Below are positions 11,047-19,400 of a stretch of 64,000 bases of DNA, piece by piece. Source of the DNA: a virus; IMG/VR virus record IMGVR_UViG_3300037104_000756, positions 34,163-98,162 of that record; one strand, given 5' to 3'. Below the pieces are notes generated by a model. That model saw nothing but the letters and a program-made list of their open reading frames with translations. It did not search any database and had not been told where the DNA came from. Every line of letters starts with the position of its first letter. The stretch's first letter is position 1. A program made the position numbers and the translations under genes.

Positions 11047-11093
11047 AAAGAATTTAGCAGGAAGAGCACGACACAAAAAAGGAAATCACGACG

Positions 11094-12620
11094 ATGTCTA
11101 CACAGAATCCTATTTACTCAAACCAGAACTGGCGTCCGTTGAAAGTTCGCGACAGTTTCCAGTTTGTTCGCGGCAATATCTCAGGGTTTGCGCACACGGG
11201 TAGTGAATCAGGCACGTTGGGTGTTATCGGACCTAACAGCACTCCTGGCGCGCACCCTGACGTTCCGTTTGTGATCGGCGTCTACTCCGCTTATGGCGCA
11301 GCGGCACAGCCTGGAAATCTGCGGGCGGTTGACTCTGAACTTCTCTTTAATTATCCAGGGAGCACCTCAATTACGGTGAACCCGACAGGTATTGACGGCA
11401 CTCCCACAACGCCGAATACGGCATCCTCAAGTATCGTAGCCGTACGCGGCGCGATCACCATCGGCGGTATCTATACAGGCGCGACGGCAGGAACAGGTAC
11501 TGCGGTCGTAGACCCATCACGCACGACCCCCACAACTATCGTGGGCTCGTCCTATCTTTACGGGGTGCAGGGTAAGGTTGTGCTCAACGGCGGTCTCGCC
11601 AATACAGGAGGGAACGGCATCATCGTTACCGGACTGCAAGGGCAACTCGACATTTCACACACTACCGTCATTTCAAGTCCCCTGACCGCAGGCTGGTTTG
11701 ATATCGGCGCATCGGCATCGGCGGCTCTTATCGCTTCGTGGGTTCCAGGTTCTGCTACTGGACTTGACGCTCAACTTGGCGTGGCAGCAAAATATGGTAT
11801 CCTTGCCGCTGCGGGAATCACAAACACAGGCTCTACGGTAGTCGCTGCTCCTGCGGTTATTGGTTCTTTCCCAACTACAACGATTACGTTTGACGGCGGC
11901 ACCGCGACGGTGGACAACATTGACGCGGCGGCAGCCCAAGTGGCTGCGCACGCGGCTTACCTTCACTACTCTGGATTGGCGTTCACTTCTCTGGGCGGCG
12001 CTCTGGACCTATCCACCGCCTTCAGCGGGTCCAACATCGTCACTCCCGGGAACTACAGTTTCGGTGCGGCAACCTGCTCCTTGGGTCTCGTCCTGAACGG
12101 ACCTGGAACATACATCTTCAAGGGTTCTTCAACGATCAATTTGGCTTCTGGTCAGTCCATAACTTTTTCGGGTGGCGCAACGTTGGCTAACACCACTGTT
12201 ATTTGGTTGGTGGGGTCGTCCTTCACTTCCGTGGCGACTTCGAACATGGTCGGGACTATTCTTGCGGACACATCCATCACCCTCGAGGGCGGCACTCTTC
12301 AGGGGCGCGCGTTTGCGGGCGTCGTGACTAGCTCGGGAGCAGTTACTATCGCTGCCGCAAACAACGTGACGGTTTCTTTTAGTCCGCCGACACCCGCGAC
12401 AGGCGGACCGACATTTATCGACATCACCACGCTGTACAACACGACGGCTGCGGTTATCAACTCAGCCTTCCGTATTATCTCGAATTCGACCTTTCTCTTT
12501 GATCTGAGCAGCAACTCAGGCAGCCCATGGCTGACCACTGGAGTTTTGTCCAGTCAGACGAAGAAAATAGCTGTGAACGTAGACGGAGTGACATACTACA
12601 TTCCACTATACGCAGCCTAA
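11094..12620 (+). CDS. Putative virion fibre protein B with inserted DUF3494 ice-binding-like domain
   Basis: Paralogue of 10165 plus an insert LGVAAKYGILAAAGITNTGST...PGNY...YIFK...GGA..N.VIWLVGSS...GTILADTSITL..GR. Confidence 0.85.
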   Translation: MSTQNPIYSNQNWRPLKVRDSFQFVRGNISGFAHTGSESGTLGVIGPNSTPGAHPDVPFVIGVYSAYGAAAQPGNLRAVDSELLFNYPGSTSITVNPTGIDGTPTTPNTASSSIVAVRGAITIGGIYTGATAGTGTAVVDPSRTTPTTIVGSSYLYGVQGKVVLNGGLANTGGNGIIVTGLQGQLDISHTTVISSPLTAGWFDIGASASAALIASWVPGSATGLDAQLGVAAKYGILAAAGITNTGSTVVAAPAVIGSFPTTTITFDGGTATVDNIDAAAAQVAAHAAYLHYSGLAFTSLGGALDLSTAFSGSNIVTPGNYSFGAATCSLGLVLNGPGTYIFKGSSTINLASGQSITFSGGATLANTTVIWLVGSSFTSVATSNMVGTILADTSITLEGGTLQGRAFAGVVTSSGAVTIAAANNVTVSFSPPTPATGGPTFIDITTLYNTTAAVINSAFRIISNSTFLFDLSSNSGSPWLTTGVLSSQTKKIAVNVDGVTYYIPLYAA

Positions 12621-12708
12621 AAAGTTCTTGGCTTGGGGGTGTGACCAACGCATCCCCATCACCTTGATTTTGTACCAGAAGTAAAATCTACGTTTGGAGG
12701 AAATAGTA

Positions 12709-12921
12709 ATGAGCACAACACCAGGGTTGAACGCAATTCAATTAATCGAACAAGAGATTGGGAATTTTCTCAAGCAGCGTGAACAAGCGATTGCGAACGT
12801 TCATGCGGTCGACGGCGCAATTCAGGCTGCCCAGCACCTCGTAGCGAAGCTGAAAGCCGAAGCTGCGAAGGCTGAAGTTGAGGTTGAGAAGGTCATCGAG
12901 TTAGTTAAAAAGGAACTGTAG
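12709..12921 (+). CDS. Small coiled-coil protein (possible fibre chaperone)
   Basis: SD GGAGG; heptad pattern; follows the fibre genes. Confidence 0.55.
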   Translation: MSTTPGLNAIQLIEQEIGNFLKQREQAIANVHAVDGAIQAAQHLVAKLKAEAAKAEVEVEKVIELVKKEL

Positions 12922-13062
12922 TCTTACCGATCTTCCAGTTACGAGGCTCTGGTGCTGCTCACACCAGACTACAAACCGTTCTGGATGCTCCGAACCGGAC
13001 GCCCGTCATCCTCACTGGTGGCGGGCGTTCGTATTTAAGACTTTTTGTGTTATAATTAGAGA

Positions 13063-13644
13063 ATGAAGTTCTATTCATATCTCTGGCTTCGGGACGACGG
13101 AACGCCGTATTATGCGGGGAAGGGTACGGGTCGAAGAGCGTTTCGCAGTGCGGGACATGGGGTGCACTGTCCTCCAGATCGCACTCGGGTCATAGTCTAC
13201 CCTGTGATGAGTGAAGCGGAAGCTTTTGATTTAGAAATGACGTTGATTGCATGGTACGGCAGAAAAGATATCGGTACCGGGTGTTTGCGGAATTTAAGCG
13301 GGGGTGGAGAGGGTCCGACACTATCCGTTGCGCATCGAAAGAAACTGAGCGAAGCCCACATGGGGCATGTTTCATCCCGCAAAGGGAAAAAATTATCGGA
13401 GAAAGAAAAACAGAATCTCAAGGGGTGGGCTAAGGGGCACATCCCGTGGAACACAGATAAGATGGGCGGTTCTTGGTCTCAGGCTCGAAGAGATTCGTTT
13501 GAGCGGCGAGGCGTATCAGAACAAACTCGCCAAAAGCAGCGGCTGGCGAAATTAGGAAACAAGAATCGATTGGGCGGAAAAAAATATGAACTTCAACCTC
13601 GTGCCTTCGGTGAACCAATCCACAACCATCCAAGCAATGGCTGA
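13063..13644 (+). CDS. GIY-YIG family homing endonuclease with NUMOD3 motifs
   Basis: FYSYLW...PYYAGKGTGRRA, E..LIAWYGR, LRN..GGEG, KGKKLSEK; overlaps the next gene by 59 nt. Confidence 0.88.
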   Translation: MKFYSYLWLRDDGTPYYAGKGTGRRAFRSAGHGVHCPPDRTRVIVYPVMSEAEAFDLEMTLIAWYGRKDIGTGCLRNLSGGGEGPTLSVAHRKKLSEAHMGHVSSRKGKKLSEKEKQNLKGWAKGHIPWNTDKMGGSWSQARRDSFERRGVSEQTRQKQRLAKLGNKNRLGGKKYELQPRAFGEPIHNHPSNG

Positions 13645-14980
13645 TCAACTCCGAATTCACACAAAGCTCCAGAACTTTTTTTCGGTCGGCGGTATTGATG
13701 GTCAACCCATGTTGCGCATTGCCGACAACGTGCAACAAATGTTGCTGACACGTCGCATGCCGTGGAAATTCAATCGCGTAAACATGGGCTCGAACAATCC
13801 AGCAGTCAATCCCCACTTTTTCATGACTCAGCAAGGTTTCCAAGATTTTAAGTTCGCTGGTGCGTCCTGCTTCGCGCTAATCAATAGCGTGACTCCTGGC
13901 GGTCAGCTTCCTGCGGGTGGTGCTGGGGTTGACCTAAATCCGGGCGTGTACCAGAACGGAAACGCAAAGGTGAACTATGGGACGTTCAACGGGGGAAACT
14001 CCTATGGACCTACGGGGAACTGGCAAACGGCTGGTATTATTTTTAATCCTGGGGCTGGCACTTTTACTGTGCAATTTCTTGATCCGCATCCGTTTCAAAT
14101 TGGAAACATTGGCACATCGCAAATTTTGATCGCGGGGGTTGTAAACCCCGCGTACAACAGCACGTTCACGTACAACCAGCTTTCGCAAACCAGTAAATGG
14201 ATTAACAGCTACACACTGCTCGCGATTCCTGACAATTTCCATATCGTGCTGCAGGGCACTCCTGGTCATTTCGGAGCCATCAGTACGATTTCAGCTTCAG
14301 GCACTGTGACAACCGTGTTGGTCCCGAATTCTATGACTCCCGGGGGCATCATGACGTTCACGGGGATCGGCACAAACACGGCGCTGAATGGTTTAAGTGT
14401 CACATTGTTGACCGCAACATCCACTACGGTAACATTTACGACACCTACGGGCGTGACGATCACCAATGGCGCGGATAATGGAACCATATACGCGGCTCCT
14501 TCAGGCGCACCTGGGATTTGGAATTTGGGATGGGTAGAAGCGGCGGCGCTGGTCGACATCAACAATCCTAGTTTTCCCCTGCCCGTCACTCCTGTGGACG
14601 CGGTACACCGCATTGCACCTGAATACACTTCGACGGGAGATAGCATCTCTCTGTCGTGCGAGATTGATTACGGCAATGGCGTGGTAATGTTTCGTCTGTC
14701 GCAGCCTGTGAGCACATATCCTTTTGCGTTCACTGTCGTCTATCAAGCGAAGGCACCGAAGTTCACGAGTGGGCGAAGTATCTTTCAGTTTCCAGATGAT
14801 TTGTCGTATGTGCTGTTCGAGCTAATGTTGTGGCAAGGCATGCGATTCGCGTACGGCATTACGGCGGCAGAGACGCAGGCTCAGATGCAGATGGCTGCGC
14901 TGGCTCTGCAGAATGCGCTTGCTAGCGAGGACCGCGAAGACAACATCATGGGCTTAACTCCCAGTTTCACATTGATGTAG
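13586..14980 (+). CDS. Putative head-tail adaptor / tail tubular A-like protein with large beta insertion
   Basis: Helical N-terminus ending MPWKFNR, helical C-terminus (FPDD...ALASEDRE), position in the tail module. Confidence 0.5.
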   Translation: MNFNLVPSVNQSTTIQAMADQLRIHTKLQNFFSVGGIDGQPMLRIADNVQQMLLTRRMPWKFNRVNMGSNNPAVNPHFFMTQQGFQDFKFAGASCFALINSVTPGGQLPAGGAGVDLNPGVYQNGNAKVNYGTFNGGNSYGPTGNWQTAGIIFNPGAGTFTVQFLDPHPFQIGNIGTSQILIAGVVNPAYNSTFTYNQLSQTSKWINSYTLLAIPDNFHIVLQGTPGHFGAISTISASGTVTTVLVPNSMTPGGIMTFTGIGTNTALNGLSVTLLTATSTTVTFTTPTGVTITNGADNGTIYAAPSGAPGIWNLGWVEAAALVDINNPSFPLPVTPVDAVHRIAPEYTSTGDSISLSCEIDYGNGVVMFRLSQPVSTYPFAFTVVYQAKAPKFTSGRSIFQFPDDLSYVLFELMLWQGMRFAYGITAAETQAQMQMAALALQNALASEDREDNIMGLTPSFTLM

Positions 14981-15029
14981 GACTTCGGGTTCTATAGGTA
15001 GAGACAAATATGATCACGCTTATGCGGTG

Positions 15030-15155
15030 CAACTGGGAAATCAGTTTGCCAAAGGTGTGAAGCACACCGAAGAATGGAAAGCGACACGCAGTGCCCAGCA
15101 GAAGAAGTGGTGGGCTGAGTGGCGGGCAAAGAGGGTAGCTATATCATCCAATTAA
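15030..15155 (+). pseudogene. NUMOD-like homing endonuclease remnant
   Basis: Short frame QLGNQFAKGVKHTEEWKATRSAQQKKWWAEWR with no nuclease domain. Confidence 0.5.
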
Positions 15156-16405
15156 TTAACGGATTTCCCCAGGGACCGAACGCGCTTATTGTGCCGAACG
15201 GTTCAATTTCTTTTTCTCTTAACGTGGATGCGACGGTGGTCGCTGCGCCGTACGGTTTTGTTTGCGCAGATATCCCTGTCGTATTTCAGTTCGACGCCAC
15301 GGGAGCGTTGATTCAGCCCGCAAAGTTGTGGAGTAACGCAGAGTTAAATCCACAACTGTCATCAACACTTTTGGGAACATATTATTTGGTTACGTTTTAC
15401 GATCAAGATGGCGCGCGTCTGAATAAGTCGCCTATGTGGTGGCAGTTTCCAGAAGCCGCAAACGCAACCGTAGATATTAGCGGTATGGTTCCGTACGCGA
15501 CCGTAGGAGGCAATGTGATTTTTTATCCAACATCTTTTGCGATTGGTTCGATTCCGACTCCCAGTCTGACGACCCTCGGCGGCATATTTGCAAATGCAGG
15601 TCTGTTGCATGAAGTTGTGATCGGCATCAATACCGACGGCACTCTGGCGTTCGGCTTTCTTCCTCCACCTACCCTTACGACCCTCGGCGGCGTATTTGCA
15701 AATGCAGGTGTCGCTGGTCAGTTTATCACCGCGATCAATACAGACGGGACTGTTACGCTCGGGACCCCAACAGGCAGCATCACAGGTACGATATCAGCAA
15801 ATCAAATTGCTTTTGGTAGCGCGTCAAACATTCTGGCTGGTAGCGCCAACTTTACGTGGACGAACTCCACGCAAGTGTTGAACATCATTGGAAAAAATGG
15901 ATCAGGAAACGTCGTCATCTTAGACGCCTCTGCTTTGGTGGGCGGGACTGATCACGCGCTTACCATTATTAAAGCGGATTCCGGCGACTTTAATGTCGTC
16001 CATTTCGTCTCAAACCCATCGACCGGCAACGTTGATTTGCAGATGGCAAACGGGCAGTTCAGGATTAATGTAGCCAACGGGGTTGGTATTTTGGAGATAG
16101 ACACCAATATTCTTTCCTATCTTACGACGGTCTCTGGGGGGCAGTTTGTAGCTGGGTGTAGTAGCAATTCCGCCGGTTTTCCGAGTTTAAATTATGTGTT
16201 CGATACTGCCCTCCTTCGGATCGGTGGGTTGATTCTGTCTCAGGTTGCGACCCCCACAACGATTACAGGTCAAATCGGGTTTGGAACGACACTGGACACG
16301 TCTGCGACGGCAGGCAGCAACGGAGATGTTCCGGCTCAAGTTGTTGGCTACCTAGTGTTTGACATCGCAGGCACAAAGTTTAAGTTGCCGTACTACGCGG
16401 CATAA
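15119..16405 (+). CDS. Putative tail fibre protein
   Basis: PTLTTLGG(I/V)FANAG repeats; C-terminal YLVFDIAGTKFKLPYY resembles the ends of fibres A and B; start uncertain. Confidence 0.65.
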   Translation: MAGKEGSYIIQLINGFPQGPNALIVPNGSISFSLNVDATVVAAPYGFVCADIPVVFQFDATGALIQPAKLWSNAELNPQLSSTLLGTYYLVTFYDQDGARLNKSPMWWQFPEAANATVDISGMVPYATVGGNVIFYPTSFAIGSIPTPSLTTLGGIFANAGLLHEVVIGINTDGTLAFGFLPPPTLTTLGGVFANAGVAGQFITAINTDGTVTLGTPTGSITGTISANQIAFGSASNILAGSANFTWTNSTQVLNIIGKNGSGNVVILDASALVGGTDHALTIIKADSGDFNVVHFVSNPSTGNVDLQMANGQFRINVANGVGILEIDTNILSYLTTVSGGQFVAGCSSNSAGFPSLNYVFDTALLRIGGLILSQVATPTTITGQIGFGTTLDTSATAGSNGDVPAQVVGYLVFDIAGTKFKLPYYAA

Positions 16406-16451
16406 TTAAGACTTTTCACACCATAGTAGAGCCCTCTGGGCTCCCCATACT

Positions 16452-19400
16452 ATGGCTAGAAAAGTATCGCAGAGCGACCCCGCGCTCGCCATCGAATTTT
16501 TCCTATCTGGCTTCTATACCCACCGCAGCCAGTTGTTCGCTCCCTATAAAGGGATCGGAGTTAATGTGGTGTCGTTCCACGATCCTGTGATCGCGGGAGA
16601 CAACATGGAGGACACCGATCTTTTTGAATGGCAACGCCGCCCCGGGTTTTCGATATTTTGTGCGCAACCTTTGGCTGACTTGGAGGTTGTAAACCAGTTT
16701 GATTCGAGTCGCAATCTGAAGGGTGTTGTAGTTCCGTGGGTTGATACGAATCAACGCTGGGCGACCTTCTCTCCTACATCCATTACTACAATCGCGGTTA
16801 AGACCACACCTCAGCAGGGGTATGTCAGCACGATTGGAAACATGACATATTTCTCTGATGGCGCGTCCGCTGATCTCTATAAATTTGATGGCACTAAGCT
16901 GAGTGCATGGGGTCTTGCGGCACCGACAATCGCCCCTGTGTCTTCAGGTATGGGTTTCTGGCAGCCGTTTACCAGACTCCAACTCGGCAACTCAATTCTC
17001 GACCCTAACGGCGATGTGGAGTCGGTCACTGCGATTTTAATTCCATCTGGCTCCTTTGAATCTCCAACACTTGCAACTACGAAAGCGCTGGGCGGCAGTC
17101 TCACGCAGACATGGACATATGATCCTGTTAACGGAGGATATTTTGTCCAGATGGGGTATCGCCTCCTGCAGCAGGGGCATAGCAATAGCTTGAGCACCTC
17201 GACAATCTTCACGTTTCCAAACCCAATCGTGATAGGAGATGTGGTTGTTTTGACATTCGGTCAGGGAAATACAGATGTTATTCCGACCGTGGTTTCGGTG
17301 ACAGACAGCCTTGGCAATATCTATACACAACAGGCAACTCGCGTTGGAGCTTTTGCTGGCGGCGGCGGGCATACATTCTATTCTACTGCATGGGTGTGGA
17401 CCGCTCCTGTAACGGTTGGAGGGGCATGCACCGTAACCGTGCAGGTTAGTATCCCCGGTTTCGGTGGTCTTCAAGTTCTCGCGCATGAGTTTTCAGGAAT
17501 CAGCGCCACGATTTCCACCAGCGCGACGAACTATGCGGTTAACGTTGGCTCGTTGAACACCGGCACGGTGACGTTTGGTGGTGCAGATCATCTTGTGGTC
17601 AGTTCATTGTTGCTGTTTAGCACGGGACCCGGTTCCGCACCGCTAGATTATCCCAATGGCGTTTCAAATATTTCTGGCGAGTGGCAACTCTATGATGCGT
17701 TCGCAGGGCACACATCCCCGCAATCTCCGACATGGGGCATTCCAGCGGCAAACGGGCAAGCTCTCGGCATTAGCGTTGTATTTCCCATCACCACACTTGT
17801 GACTGGATACTCCCCATGGCTATTCTTAGGTAGTCTCCCTCTTAACATCCCAGTTGGTGCGACGATCTTGGGAGTACAAGTCAGCATTCCAAAGCGGAAC
17901 GAGTCTGGCGTCGGCGCGGTGATAGACCACTCCGTGACTCTTTTTATTGGGGGAGCCGCCACAGGTACGGGGCTTGCATCGGCTGCCGCATGGTCTCCTT
18001 CGGGATACGCGACCGAAATTTACGGCGGTCCTGACAATGTATTAGGACGATGGGGATTCACACCTACGGCGGCGCAGTTGAACGTTAATGGCACCAGCGG
18101 ATTCGGAGTAGGCATCTCGGCAGCTATCGTGGATACAACAGGCGGTTCTGTCGTGCCCGAGGTTGGGTTTGATAGCCCGAACCAACCCACAGTCACGGTC
18201 TATTTCAAGCAGGCGAGCGGATTTTCTGGACCTGGAATAACAGGCGCGAACGAACCGATTTGGCCTACAGCAATCGGCAATGTGGTTAACGACGGCGGTT
18301 TGACGTGGACGAATTACGGACCTATTCAGACATGGTTTCCTGTGACGGGATACCCTACGCCAGTTGTTGTTCTGGATATTAATGGTAATTTGCAACTCAG
18401 CACATATCTCGCTAATCCGGTCCCAGCATGGGATGTCGCTGTTGGGTACACTACGGGACAGATTGTATATTTTGGAGGTCAGTATTGGTTGAGTGTTTTC
18501 AGTGGAACCAACACGGGAGTCGTTCCGTCGACGCTCTATGCGACAACGGGAACCACCACGGTTCCGTATTGGGTGCTCACAACCACGCCGTTGGTGACAG
18601 GATTGACACCGCCCGTATGGAACACCACCATCGGGGGACCCACCACGGACGGATCGTATACGTGGACAAATATCGGACAGGGCACTGGCTTGGCGTTTGT
18701 TGGGTACGCATATGTTTATGGTTTCCGCACGATTTATGGGCATCTCACGACATCGAGTCCATTTTCGAATAATACTGGCGCAATTCTCGGACCGTTGAAT
18801 GGGACGATCACGAGTTATAACATAACCTACGGAGCGCGGGTTACTAGCGTGGCTTTTGTGGGGAACAACAACTTCGTGCCAGGGAACATATTCACTGTGA
18901 GTGGGTTGACGCAGCAACCAGTGGGGCTGACGCTCAATAATTTAGATTTTACGGTGGTGTCCGCCACTCCATCATCGACATTTCCTTTGACGGCTACTCA
19001 AGTGAGTGGCAGCACGCTGCTCACTGTTACGGCGGTAAATAACCTTGTTGTAGGACAAACGGTCACTTTTAGCGGCGTGAGCACAGATACGTTTTTGAAT
19101 GGAATCACTGTGACGGTTCTTGCCGGGGTGACCGCCACACAATTTACAGCCACGATTCCGACGCATGCTAATTACGGACCAACAACCGAGACGGGTATTG
19201 TTATCGCCAATGGCAGCTATATCGCCACAACCCAGTTGGCGGGGACCGGCGTGAGTGGTGTGATTCTGGATGCGGGGGAAGCTATGCCTCTGCGGTCCAC
19301 CATCACTGGAGCCGGAACTGCATCGCCGCTTTGCAACTCTACGGCATCAATCTCTGCCGTGAGTGTGACTGCCAATATTGTGACGATCACCGCCAGCAAT

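Noticed and set aside
12922-13644. Group I intron housing the GIY-YIG gene
   Set aside because: No interrupted host gene or recognisable P7 core; the ORF has its own promoter and overlaps the next gene.
18042-18917. Long antisense ORFs (also 37965-38699, 32415-33092, 57661-58080)
   Set aside because: Shadows of Thr/Gly/Val-rich sense genes; no SD or motifs.
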